This document shows positions 37,901-46,462 of a stretch of 59,711 nucleotides of DNA, one piece after another. Position numbers and translations under genes: made by a program. The stretch's first letter is position 1, and each line of letters begins with the position of its first letter. The DNA lies in NCBI GenBank assembly GCA_044345395.1, contig JBIJBD010000001.1, positions 1-59,711 on the forward strand. Direction: 5' to 3'. The notes under the pieces were generated by a model that saw only the letters and a list, made by a program, of their open reading frames with translations, searched no databases and was not told where the DNA came from. The DNA is from Crocinitomicaceae bacterium (lineage in GTDB: Bacteria; Bacteroidota; Bacteroidia; Flavobacteriales_D; Crocinitomicaceae).

Positions 37901-38090
37901 CAGCCGCGACTGAAAACCCTAGAAATTTTAGAAAATCCCTACGTTCTGTAGAGGATTCTCCTAGTTTTTCATCCGCTAGAAACTCCTCGATAGTGTTTTG
38001 ATTTGAAAACTCTTGTTCTTTACTTTTAAGAAAAGCCGGCGTTTCTTTTAACTCGTCAATTCCTTTCCAATATTTTTTCGTCATACTCAT
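34917..38090 (-). CDS. actB: Alternative complex III ActB (molybdopterin-oxidoreductase-like plus 4Fe-4S domains, Tat-exported)
   Basis: 1057-aa ORF with the twin-arginine signal ERRDFLKF and ferredoxin Cys clusters CIGCGSCLIAC, CHHCNHAPC and CIGTRYCANNC. Confidence 0.9.
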   Translation of the reverse strand: MSMTKKYWKGIDELKETPAFLKSKEQEFSNQNTIEEFLADEKLGESSTERRDFLKFLGFSVAAATLAACEAPVIKAVPYVFKPENVTPGMPTWYASTYYDGISYASILVKTREGRPIFIKGNKEHGFTKGGVNPQIIASVLGLYDGERLSGPKANGIDSDWNTVDAKIKASLASAGSIAFLTNSIISPSVLRAIEEYKVAYAGKFEHIQYDAISYSAIRKANLQNFGASIIPSYDFSKAKVIISLDADFLSTWLLSNEYAIQYGQRRNPDGEWMSKHFQFESVMSVSGSNADQRAMTRPSELANVLSYLISKKGGNAGVANNLSNDIKAVADAAVAALAAAGDQALVVCGANNVGLQVLTNKLNQLIGAYSKTIDINNTVNLYNGDDEKVNQLVSNVIAGKGPDVLLMSGVNPVYSLPNGQDFAAGLKKIKTSIAISAYMDETASQATYVCPPHHGLEDWADFRAKNNEYAVAQPTIRPLHKTSSTLESLLVWLGKTGRGGKDSKVAYDYIMATYADMGLVDFNFTVHNSCTPVLSIVTTPLTFKDAPVSGLPKASDLEVVLYQKAAIRSGEYANNPWLQEMPDPITKVTWDNYITMNPKEMEDAGYATTYDQENGLSLATLTVNGKSVTLPVYPMPGQALKTVGVALGYGRGANGEKIGKSAFQTKEYGGHVTDDNGNPKPIGANVFSLSKFENGSYNYTNAGSVASADGEYKIAATQIHHTVMARHSIIRETTLGIYKHNGKEAYNPAHTLQKLDEHGNHVNVPVSEFDLWEEHPVEVVGHRWAMTIDLSSCIGCGSCLIACQSENNVPVVGKDEVRRGREMHWLRIDRYFSSDEEATIGTRKSDDINYGNAEHPSLNPKVVHMPMMCHHCNHAPCETVCPVAATTHSNEGLNQMAYNRCIGTRYCANNCPYKVRRFNWFNYPSYKKFTEVNPAQDDLGRMVLNPDVTVRTRGVMEKCTFCVQRIQSAKLTAKIESRKVEDADFATACSDACPTNAIIVGDWNNESSIVRKSSKENRAYQALEEVGIKPNMWYKVKVRNEENKELAALQHITSHH

Positions 38091-38114
38091 GATCTTACTT
38101 CGATAAGATTAAAA

Positions 38115-39482
38115 TTAATAGTGACATTTAGCACATTCCCAACCTCCAAGCTCAGCAACCGAAACACCTTTGTTGTCATTGAGGTATCGTTTATAAGTTT
38201 TCTGGCCTTTCTCTTTTTTCAATCGTTCATGGATTTCTTGGTAATATTGATTTTTACCGTCTCCAAGATTTATTTGATATTTCCCGTGACACTCAATACA
38301 CCACCCCATGGTAAGTACAGGTTTCGTTAATTTCACATTTCCTTCAATTTCATTTAACTCACCAACGGAATGTACTTTCGCTGTTGCCTGCATCTTGGTC
38401 ATGTCACCATGACATTGCTTACAATCAAGGCCGCCTGCAACTACGTGTTGTGAGTGATTGAAATACACATGATCAGGCAGCACGTGAACTTTATTCCAAA
38501 CAATTGGCGAGGTTTTATTTGTGTATGCTTTGGCAGTCGGATCCCAACCTGCGGCGGCATAAATTTTCTTAACCTCTGCTTCGTATGGTTTCCCAGCTCC
38601 GCTTATATGTTTGTGGCAATTCATACATACATTAACGGAAGGAATACCTGCTGATTTTGATTTTGTCACAGAATTATGGCAATACTTACAATCGATCCCA
38701 TTTACTCCAGCATGCACACTGTGCGGGAAAGCAATTGGCTGAGAAGGTTGGTAACCTTCCATTACGTTGATGTTACCCAACGTTTGAATAAATGTAACGA
38801 GTAAAGAAAGAACTAGAATAAACGAAACGATACCCACATATTTTTTATTCTTCCAAGACCAAGCTCGAAATTCCTCCCAATAAGTTAAACTTTCTGTGTG
38901 AGGGTCTTCGCTTGTAACAATTTTCAACTGTCGACGCACCCCACTAACTGACAATATAATGGTAATAAAAATAGCCCCAAGAATATACCACAACCAACCT
39001 GATCCTCCTTCTTTTTTTGCACCATCCCCTGCTGCGCCATCTCCAGCTGCGCCGTCTTTACCTTTGGCATCACCCCCTGGTTTTTGCGTATCTACCCAAT
39101 CTAAAATAGATTTAACTTGCTCTTTACTAAGATCGGTAAACGTATTCATTACGGAACCTTTCCACTCTGCAAAAATTTTATTGGCGCGCTTTGATTTTCC
39201 GCTTGCTCTCAATGAAGGGTTGTTTTGAACCCATTCAATAATCAATTCAGCTTCTCCATCTGCTGCCCAACGCTTTTGGGCTTCGTATAATTTAGGTCCC
39301 GTTCCATCGGCATGAATTTGGTGACACTGGGCACAACGTTGATTGAAAAGCTCTTCTCCCGATTGAGCAAACACCGAGGAAGACGCGCTAAGGCCCAATA
39401 CTGCTGCACAAATAATTGCAACAAAAGAGCGCTTAATTAGTTGATAATTAGCTATTTTCATGTATGTGGATAGTAAATTCAT
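38115..39482 (-). CDS. actA: Alternative complex III multihaem cytochrome c ActA (six CxxCH motifs)
   Basis: 455-aa ORF with haem motifs CAQCH, CKYCH, CMNCH, CKQCH, CIECH and CAKCH. A Gly/Ala/Asp-rich linker and a TM helix follow the first haem domain. Confidence 0.85.
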   Translation of the reverse strand: MNLLSTYMKIANYQLIKRSFVAIICAAVLGLSASSSVFAQSGEELFNQRCAQCHQIHADGTGPKLYEAQKRWAADGEAELIIEWVQNNPSLRASGKSKRANKIFAEWKGSVMNTFTDLSKEQVKSILDWVDTQKPGGDAKGKDGAAGDGAAGDGAKKEGGSGWLWYILGAIFITIILSVSGVRRQLKIVTSEDPHTESLTYWEEFRAWSWKNKKYVGIVSFILVLSLLVTFIQTLGNINVMEGYQPSQPIAFPHSVHAGVNGIDCKYCHNSVTKSKSAGIPSVNVCMNCHKHISGAGKPYEAEVKKIYAAAGWDPTAKAYTNKTSPIVWNKVHVLPDHVYFNHSQHVVAGGLDCKQCHGDMTKMQATAKVHSVGELNEIEGNVKLTKPVLTMGWCIECHGKYQINLGDGKNQYYQEIHERLKKEKGQKTYKRYLNDNKGVSVAELGGWECAKCHY

Positions 39483-39497
39483 TTTAATTTAAAGCGT

Positions 39498-39527
39498 TTT
39501 TAACGCATTTTAACGCATGCAAAATTA
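39498..39527 (-). promoter_or_regulatory. Candidate -7 box (TAatTTTG, 39527-39520) and tandem TTTTAACGCA x2 (39498-39517) ahead of actA
   Basis: Read directly. The -7 match lies 38 nt upstream of the actA ATG. The perfect 10-bp tandem repeat lies between the box and the start codon. Confidence 0.35.
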
Positions 39528-39640
39528 GAAGATTCGTTATATTTTATGACAATTAGATGACAATTTTCCGATTAAGTTGCTTAATTTAAATTGATTCTAA
39601 ATAAGCATATTTTTGAAGTTTAACCGTTATATTTACATAC

Positions 39641-40015
39641 ATGAAAACTAAGTTGCTGATTTTAGGGTTTTTCTTTCTCCTATTTTTTAACGAAACCTAC
39701 GCTCAAGTATTGATTACTTCTGATGAACGAATAGAAGATGCCGTATTAAAACGACTCAACAGAGATTTATTTGGTTATAGAATTCAACTTGCCTTTGATT
39801 CGGATAAACAAAAAGTAGATTTGGTTCGTCAAAGTTTTCTTACACAATTTCCTCACCTTGAAACGTATATAACTTTCGAAGCGCCAAATTTTAACCTCAA
39901 AGCGGGTAATTTTCGAACACAAATTGAGGCTGAATTAGTTAAGGAAAAAATGGTTTTAATGTACCCTTTGAATAACATTCTCAAGGAAAAAATAAATCTT
40001 CCGAGCATTAATTAA
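39641..40015 (+). CDS. SPOR domain-containing secreted protein
   Basis: 124-aa ORF with a signal peptide. YRIQLAFDSDKQKVDLVRQSF...FNLKAGNFRTQIEAE resembles a SPOR peptidoglycan-binding fold. Confidence 0.65.
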   Translation: MKTKLLILGFFFLLFFNETYAQVLITSDERIEDAVLKRLNRDLFGYRIQLAFDSDKQKVDLVRQSFLTQFPHLETYITFEAPNFNLKAGNFRTQIEAELVKEKMVLMYPLNNILKEKINLPSIN

Positions 40016-41048
40016 AGTGTCGCCAACCTTGTGCTTTCAGCGCTACAGCTGCTCCCTGTTTATCGATATGATATATACCATCTTTTTCATCCGTCATATG
40101 ACCAATAATGGTAAAATTTGGATTACTTTGTACCCGATTCAAATCTTTTTGTTCAATAGTAAAGAGTAACTCATAATCTTCTCCTCCATTTAATGCGGCC
40201 GTAACAGGATCGAGATTAAAATCTATTGCTGTTTGAATAGTTTGAGGATCCATTGGGATTTTTTCCCCATAAACATGGCAACCAACTTTGGAACTTTTGC
40301 ATAAGTGTAAAATCTCCGATGCAAGTCCGTCTGAGATGTCTATCATGGATGTTGGTCTTACCTGCAACTCGTGCAAAATTTCAACAACGTCTTTACGAGC
40401 TTCTGGTTTTAGTTGGCGTTGAATAATGTAGTCAAAACCATCTAAATCAGGTTGTATATTTGGATTCGCTTTAAAAACTTCTTTCTCTCTTTCAAGCACT
40501 TGAAGCCCCATGTAGGCACCACCCAAATCTCCACTAACAACCAAAAGATCATAATTCTTTGCGCAGGAGCGGGTAACAAGATTTTGTTTTTCAACAGTTC
40601 CAAATACAGTGATAGAAATTGTTAAACCGTAAGGTGAGGCTGTTGTATCACCACCTATTAAGGTTACATTGTAATGATTACAAGCCGTTTTTATACCTAA
40701 ATACAATTCCTCAAGTGCCTCCACGGTATATTTACTCGAAACAGCAATAGAAACAGTAATAAATTGCGCGTAGGCATTCATGGCACATATATCCGAAACA
40801 TTGACTGATACTGCTTTGTATCCCAAATGTTTAAAAGGCATATACATTGGGTCAAAATGAACACCTTCAACCAATAAATCCGTCGAAATTACCTGTACCT
40901 TTTCATTTTCCAATAATATACCTGCTGCGTCGTCGCCAATGCCGACCAATAATTCGTCTTTACTTGAAATAAAATCTCGGGTTAATTCTTCAATCAAGGT
41001 AAATTCTCCAATTTCAGAAATATTTCTCAATGGTTCTTGTTGTTCCAT
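40008..41048 (-). CDS. thiL: Thiamine-monophosphate kinase
   Basis: 346-aa ORF with an AIR-synthase-like fold and N-terminal GIGDDAA plus later GGDTT motifs. Confidence 0.85.
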   Translation of the reverse strand: MEQQEPLRNISEIGEFTLIEELTRDFISSKDELLVGIGDDAAGILLENEKVQVISTDLLVEGVHFDPMYMPFKHLGYKAVSVNVSDICAMNAYAQFITVSIAVSSKYTVEALEELYLGIKTACNHYNVTLIGGDTTASPYGLTISITVFGTVEKQNLVTRSCAKNYDLLVVSGDLGGAYMGLQVLEREKEVFKANPNIQPDLDGFDYIIQRQLKPEARKDVVEILHELQVRPTSMIDISDGLASEILHLCKSSKVGCHVYGEKIPMDPQTIQTAIDFNLDPVTAALNGGEDYELLFTIEQKDLNRVQSNPNFTIIGHMTDEKDGIYHIDKQGAAVALKAQGWRHFN

Positions 41049-41073
41049 AAAGCAAAGTTACACATGTTTAGTG

Positions 41074-42003
41074 TCAAAATGCGAAATCTTTTACCCAATC
41101 GAAATGTTTCGACAAAATTAAATTTCTATTTTCCAAGAGATAGGCTTGCAAGGCCTTTGCCGTTGGTGCATGCTTTTTCTCTTTGAGGTGAACGAGGTAC
41201 CAATTTGATCTCAAAGGTAAATCTGGAGCCTTTAAAATTTCAAGTTGTCCATTCTGCAATTCATTTCTAATACCAATTAATGGAACAATAGAACATCCCA
41301 TTCCACTAATCACCGCCTGTTTAACTGCTTCATTTGATGTTAACGTTAAATTTTTTAATGCATGATAACCTTGCTGTTGCACATACTCTTGCATAGCCTT
41401 TCGTGTTGCAGAGCCTTTTTCTCGATATATCAATGGATACTTTGAAAAATACGTTTCTTTGTTCCTATTAAATTCATCAGCGCTTGATTTTCCACCAACA
41501 AGAACCAATTTGTTTTCCATCAATTCAATGGTATTAAGCGAAATTGTTTCAGGCACCCTAGTCATCAAGGCATAATCTACCTCATTATTTTCCAACTGCC
41601 TAATCACTTGGTCTCTATTCGATACATCCAACTCAAGATCAATTTCCGGATTTTCCTTTAAAAAATCTGTTATTAAGTAGGGTATAACGTATTTTCCGGT
41701 TGAAACTACCGAAATTTTTATTTTTCCCGATAATTTCCCCTGGTAAATAGCCCGTTTATAAGTAATTGAATTGGCCTCTTCCAATATTGATTTTGCAGCT
41801 TTTGCAATTTCATGACCAAAATCTGTTATGTATAACCGTTTATTAATTACTTCAGTCAAAGGAATATCAAACTGGTCTTGAAAGTTTTTTAATTGGATGG
41901 AAACAGCGGGTTGTGTCAAATACAACTGGTCAGCAGCTCGTGTTATGCTTTGATGTTCCACCACTTTAACAAAAATTCTAAGTTGGTTCAACGTAAAGTT
42001 CAT
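41074..42003 (-). CDS. LysR-family transcriptional regulator
   Basis: 309-aa ORF with N-terminal HTH SITRAADQLYLTQPAVSIQLKNFQ and a C-terminal substrate-binding fold. Confidence 0.85.
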   Translation of the reverse strand: MNFTLNQLRIFVKVVEHQSITRAADQLYLTQPAVSIQLKNFQDQFDIPLTEVINKRLYITDFGHEIAKAAKSILEEANSITYKRAIYQGKLSGKIKISVVSTGKYVIPYLITDFLKENPEIDLELDVSNRDQVIRQLENNEVDYALMTRVPETISLNTIELMENKLVLVGGKSSADEFNRNKETYFSKYPLIYREKGSATRKAMQEYVQQQGYHALKNLTLTSNEAVKQAVISGMGCSIVPLIGIRNELQNGQLEILKAPDLPLRSNWYLVHLKEKKHAPTAKALQAYLLENRNLILSKHFDWVKDFAF

Positions 42004-42046
42004 AATATATATTTATGTATACAATATTAACAATAAATAATAATTA

Positions 42047-42247
42047 ATGTTTAAAAACATGCAAATTTGTGTCGTGATGAATCTGCTTGTTTCTTGGTTT
42101 GTATTAATTAGTGCTTTGTTGTTAAGCTTTTTAGCCAGTAATGCCTTATTCAATGAACTAATTACCGCAGTTGCGATAATTGCATGTCTTATTTATTTCA
42201 AAAAATCAAAAAAAATTACAACTCATGACGACGAAAAAAGTTTTTAA
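42047..42247 (+). CDS. Possible small two-TM membrane protein
   Basis: 66-aa ORF (or 56 aa from MNLLVSW) with two hydrophobic segments. It overlaps the next ORF by 23 nt. Support is weak. Confidence 0.3.
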   Translation: MFKNMQICVVMNLLVSWFVLISALLLSFLASNALFNELITAVAIIACLIYFKKSKKITTHDDEKSF

Positions 42248-42485
42248 TCTGATCGATGGAACGTTTTCTATTGAGGAGGCCAAAGCATTACTAACTGATT
42301 TGTACGGAAGCAAAATTAAGTACCACTCAATTAGCGCGCTTAAACATGAAGAATTCAATGGTTCGAAGAGCCAATTTCATGAAAATAGAATCAAAGAATT
42401 AAGACTTGAGCGTGACCGAATGCTCAACTACTTGGCTGAAAAAAAAGAGCCTATTTGTATAACCTCGTTTGTTAGTATACACTAA
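42225..42485 (+). CDS. Hypothetical protein (86 aa)
   Basis: Start placed at ATG 42225 (MTTKKVFNLIDG...). It lies 2 nt upstream of the next gene. No motif was recognised. Confidence 0.45.
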   Translation: MTTKKVFNLIDGTFSIEEAKALLTDLYGSKIKYHSISALKHEEFNGSKSQFHENRIKELRLERDRMLNYLAEKKEPICITSFVSIH

Positions 42486-42487
42486 AC

Positions 42488-43342
42488 ATGTCAAAAATAA
42501 CTGCGCTATTCGAAGGCCGAAGAGTTGTGGTTGCCACGATGCACGGAAAGGAGAAAGTTATAGGGCCAGAACTAGCTGAAAACTTAGGTGTTAGAACGAT
42601 TGTTCCCAAAAAATTCAATAGTGACAAATTCGGCACATTCAGTGGAGAGGTTGAGCGAACACTAGATATCCTGCAAACTGCTCGGTTGAAATGCGAGTAT
42701 GCCATGGAACTTACAGGATGTAACATGGCAATTGCCAGTGAAGGATCTTTTGGGCCACATCCCACGCTGTTCTTTGCCCCTAGTGACGATGAATTTATGT
42801 TGTTCATTGACAAGGAAAATAAATTGGAATTTTGGTCTCGCGTTGTTTCAACTGAAACTAATTTTGATTCCAAGATAATACATTCTATAGATGAGGCATT
42901 TGCCTTTGCAGAAGGTATTGATTTTCCTAGCCATCGGTTGATTTTGCGAAATCGCCAAAGTGGTGTGGAATTTCTTCGAAAAGGAATAGGGGACCACGAT
43001 AGCTTGGAGAAATATACGGCGTTTACTTTAAAAAAATACGGTTCTTGCTTTTTAGAAACGGACATGCGTGCGATGTACAATCCAAAGCGAATGAACGTGA
43101 TAAAGCAGGCCACTACACAATTAATAAAAAAAATTACTTCGCTTTGTCCAAGTTGTGAAATGCCTGGATTTACACTAACGAAAAGCACCTCCGGACTTGC
43201 ATGTGATCAATGTGGACTTCCCACTGCAAGTATAAAAACACAGATTCATTCCTGTGAATTTTGTAAACATATAGAAGAAATTCATTTTCCTCAAGGTAAA
43301 AAAACAGAGGACGCTATGTATTGTAATAACTGTAACCCTTAA
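42488..43342 (+). CDS. Conserved hypothetical protein with C-terminal Cys4-type zinc ribbons (possibly DUF6671, unverified)
   Basis: 284-aa ORF with C-terminal CPSCEMPGF...CDQCGLP...CEFC...CNNCNP pairs. Confidence 0.55.
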   Translation: MSKITALFEGRRVVVATMHGKEKVIGPELAENLGVRTIVPKKFNSDKFGTFSGEVERTLDILQTARLKCEYAMELTGCNMAIASEGSFGPHPTLFFAPSDDEFMLFIDKENKLEFWSRVVSTETNFDSKIIHSIDEAFAFAEGIDFPSHRLILRNRQSGVEFLRKGIGDHDSLEKYTAFTLKKYGSCFLETDMRAMYNPKRMNVIKQATTQLIKKITSLCPSCEMPGFTLTKSTSGLACDQCGLPTASIKTQIHSCEFCKHIEEIHFPQGKKTEDAMYCNNCNP

Positions 43343-43350
43343 AATAAAAA

Positions 43351-44787
43351 ATGAAAACAATTACTATCGCAAAAGGAGACGGAATCGGTCCAGAGATTAT
43401 GGACGCCACTCTAAAAATTTTATTTGCTGCAGGAGCAACTATCAAAACAGAAGAAATAGAAGTAGGAGAAAAAATATACCTCTCTGGCAATTCATCGGGA
43501 ATTTCAGAGGAGAGTTGGGATATTATTAGAAAAAATAAGGTCTTTTTAAAAGCGCCAATTACAACACCTCAAGGCGGTGGTTATAAAAGTTTGAATGTTA
43601 CCACTCGCAAATTTCTTGGTTTATATTCAAATGTACGGCCATGTAAAAGCTTACATCCATTTATTCAAACAAAACATCCTATAATGGACGTGGTTATTAT
43701 TAGGGAAAATGAAGAAGATTTGTATGCCGGAATTGAACATCAACAAACTGATGAAGTAATTCAATGTTTAAAACTAATCAGTCGCCCAGGATGCGAGAAA
43801 ATAGTACGTTATGCATTTGAATACGCCAAACAACAAAAAAGGAAAAAAGTCACTTGCTTTACCAAGGACAACATCATGAAACAAACGGATGGATTATTCC
43901 ACAAAGTATTTGATGAAATTGCAGCCGAATACCCTGAAATTGAGAATGAGCATTGGATCATAGACATTGGAGCTGCTAAACTTGCGGATACTCCAGAGGC
44001 ATTTGATGTCATTGTGATGCCAAATTTGTACGGTGATGTTTTGAGCGACGTAGCTGCTCAAATAACTGGTTCTGTGGGTCTTGCTGGTTCTGCAAATATA
44101 GGAGAAGAATGTGCAATGTTCGAGGCTATCCATGGCTCTGCGCCAAGAAGAGCCGGTCAAAACCTTGCTAATCCTTCCGGATTATTGCAAGGTGCCATCA
44201 TGATGCTTAATCATTTAGGTCAAAGTGAGACGGCAGAAAAAATTCAAAATGCTTGGCTTAAAACTTTGGAAGATGGTGTTCACACTTACGACATTTATAC
44301 CGAAGGTAAAAGCACACAAAAAGTTGGCACTAATGAATTTGCAGACGCAGTTATTGCGAATTTAGGAAAGCTTCCAACCAATTTGGCACCGGTGAAATAC
44401 GAAAGAGATTATCAATTGAATTTACCAAAATATGCGCGCAAAAAGCCAATGAACAAGCAACTAGAGGGCGTTGATATTTTCGTTCATTGGTCCGGCGAAG
44501 ATGCTAATGAATTGGCACAATTAATTGCTCCTTTAGAAATTGAAAGCGCTTCACTAACCATGATTACGAATAGAGGGATAAAAGTATGGCCAAATGGTTT
44601 TAAAGAAACTTTTTGTACAGATCATTGGCGTTGTCGTTTTAAGGGAAAAAGTTCTAAATCTCTTTCAAAAGGAGATATCATACAATTATTACAAAACGCC
44701 ATACACCATAATGTTGACGTAATTAAAACTGAAAACCTTTATTTATTTGATGGAGTGGCCGCTTATTCCTTAGGTCAAGGTCAATAG
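43351..44787 (+). CDS. icd: Isocitrate dehydrogenase (isocitrate/isopropylmalate dehydrogenase family) with about 130-aa C-terminal extension
   Basis: 478-aa ORF with IAKGDGIGPEIM, NVRPC and NLYGDVLSDVAAQITGSVGLAGSANIG motifs. Confidence 0.8.
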   Translation: MKTITIAKGDGIGPEIMDATLKILFAAGATIKTEEIEVGEKIYLSGNSSGISEESWDIIRKNKVFLKAPITTPQGGGYKSLNVTTRKFLGLYSNVRPCKSLHPFIQTKHPIMDVVIIRENEEDLYAGIEHQQTDEVIQCLKLISRPGCEKIVRYAFEYAKQQKRKKVTCFTKDNIMKQTDGLFHKVFDEIAAEYPEIENEHWIIDIGAAKLADTPEAFDVIVMPNLYGDVLSDVAAQITGSVGLAGSANIGEECAMFEAIHGSAPRRAGQNLANPSGLLQGAIMMLNHLGQSETAEKIQNAWLKTLEDGVHTYDIYTEGKSTQKVGTNEFADAVIANLGKLPTNLAPVKYERDYQLNLPKYARKKPMNKQLEGVDIFVHWSGEDANELAQLIAPLEIESASLTMITNRGIKVWPNGFKETFCTDHWRCRFKGKSSKSLSKGDIIQLLQNAIHHNVDVIKTENLYLFDGVAAYSLGQGQ

Positions 44788-44794
44788 ATAACAG

Positions 44795-45751
44795 ATGAAT
44801 ACAGAAGTGCTTATCACCGACTTTACGAATCCAACGCTCCTTTTTTTCATTTTGGGGATAATTGCGCACGTTATCAAAAGTGATTTGGAAATTCCTGAGA
44901 ATTCGTTCAAATTTATTTCTCTATACTTGCTTTTCTCAATTGGATTTAAAGGCGGACAAGAGTTACAACACAGCGAAATAGACGGACAAATGATGGGTGC
45001 GCTGTTTATGGGGATATTTATATCGGCAATGATTCCCTTGTATACTTTTTTCATTTTAAAGAGAAAATTAGCCATTAGTGACGCAGGAGCAATTGCTGCT
45101 TCGTATGGCTCGGTAAGCGCCGTAACTTTTGTGGCTGCTGTTTCTTTTTTAGAAGTACAAGGCATGAATTACGACGGCTACATGGTTGCGGTGATGGCAT
45201 TTATGGAGTTCCCAGCTATTATTGTTGGTGTTTTACTAATTCGGAAATTTGATCATCAAGAGGTAAATGGAAGCATTAAGAAGTTAGTTCACCATGCCTT
45301 TTCCAATGGTAGTGTTTTGCTTTTAATGGGTAGTCTGTTCATTGGCATAATTGCCGATTCAAAACAAGCGGAAGATATAAAACCCTTCACCACTGACATT
45401 TTTAAAGGATTTCTGGCCTTGTTTTTATTGGAAATGGGAATCACTACAGCAAGACGATTTTCTGGTTTTATGAAAAACGGACCATTTTTACTGCTCTTTG
45501 CCTTGTTGGTTCCTATTTTCAATGGTTGCGTGGTGGCTTTACTTTCAAAATATTTACTTGACGATATTGGAAATCAATTCATACTCACAATTCTCGCAGC
45601 AAGTGCCTCTTATATTGCAGTTCCTGCTGCTATGAGATTAGCTGCACCAAAAGCAGACCCTGGAATTTATATTCCCATGGCTTTAGGAGTGACATTTCCA
45701 CTAAACATTACACTTGGAATGCCGCTCTACTTTGCGATCTTGTGTTGCTGA
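44795..45751 (+). CDS. Sodium-dependent bicarbonate transporter-family permease (SbtA/DUF897-like)
   Basis: 318-aa polytopic ORF. N-terminal PTLLFFILGIIAHVIKSDLEIPE..ISLYLLFSIGFKGG matches my recollection of the family. Confidence 0.75.
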   Translation: MNTEVLITDFTNPTLLFFILGIIAHVIKSDLEIPENSFKFISLYLLFSIGFKGGQELQHSEIDGQMMGALFMGIFISAMIPLYTFFILKRKLAISDAGAIAASYGSVSAVTFVAAVSFLEVQGMNYDGYMVAVMAFMEFPAIIVGVLLIRKFDHQEVNGSIKKLVHHAFSNGSVLLLMGSLFIGIIADSKQAEDIKPFTTDIFKGFLALFLLEMGITTARRFSGFMKNGPFLLLFALLVPIFNGCVVALLSKYLLDDIGNQFILTILAASASYIAVPAAMRLAAPKADPGIYIPMALGVTFPLNITLGMPLYFAILCC

Positions 45752-45787
45752 CGCGAACAAGAAGGTAAGAAGTTGTGTTTAGAATGT

Positions 45788-46462
45788 ATGAAAACATTCT
45801 TATTTATAGGTGCTAACTCCGATGTGGCTATCGAAACAAAAAAACAACTTGAAGCTCAAGGAAATTCTGTAGTTGGTGTGTCGCGACAGCCAATTGATTC
45901 TTTTCCTGATATCCTCATTGGAAATCCAGTTACTAACGAGTTGCCAGAAATCGACCAAAGAATTGATGGATTGGTTTACTTTCCGGGAAGCATTACGCTG
46001 AAATCTTTCAGGTCTTTGAAGCAGGTTGATTTTCAAAATGAAATCGAAATCAATGTACTTGGCGCAATTAATGCTATTCAAAAATACAGTCCAAAACTAA
46101 CAGAAGGTTCTAGTATTGTTTTATTCAGTACTGTCGCTGTTCAAGTAGGAATGCCATTTCATAGTGCTGTTTCCGTAGCAAAAGGGGCCGTTGAGGGACT
46201 TACTCGAGCGTTAGCTGCAGAATTTGCTCCAAAAATCCGAGTAAATTGCATCGCTCCCTCCCTAACGAATACCAAAATGGCGGAAAAATTTTTGAGCACA
46301 CCTGAAAAAGAAGAGGCTGCCGGACAACGCCATCCACTAAAAAAGGTCGGGCAAAAAGAAGATTTAGCGCATGCTGTTGCTTTTTTACTTAACGATACTT
46401 CAAAATGGATGACAGGGCAAATTTTTCACGTTGACGGCGGAATGTCAACGTTAAAAGTATGA
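45788..46462 (+). CDS. Atypical SDR-family protein (photolyase-cluster associated)
   Basis: Start placed at ATG 45788 (MKTFLFIGANSDVA). It has the SDR fold. By hand alignment the expected YxxxK reads VSVAK, so no Tyr is present. Confidence 0.75.
   Translation: MKTFLFIGANSDVAIETKKQLEAQGNSVVGVSRQPIDSFPDILIGNPVTNELPEIDQRIDGLVYFPGSITLKSFRSLKQVDFQNEIEINVLGAINAIQKYSPKLTEGSSIVLFSTVAVQVGMPFHSAVSVAKGAVEGLTRALAAEFAPKIRVNCIAPSLTNTKMAEKFLSTPEKEEAAGQRHPLKKVGQKEDLAHAVAFLLNDTSKWMTGQIFHVDGGMSTLKV

Noticed and set aside
42472-43188. 238-aa minus-strand ORF antisense to the zinc-ribbon protein gene
   Set aside because: The plus-strand gene fits the tightly packed co-directional array and has paired CxxC motifs. 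The antisense product is low-complexity with no start context.
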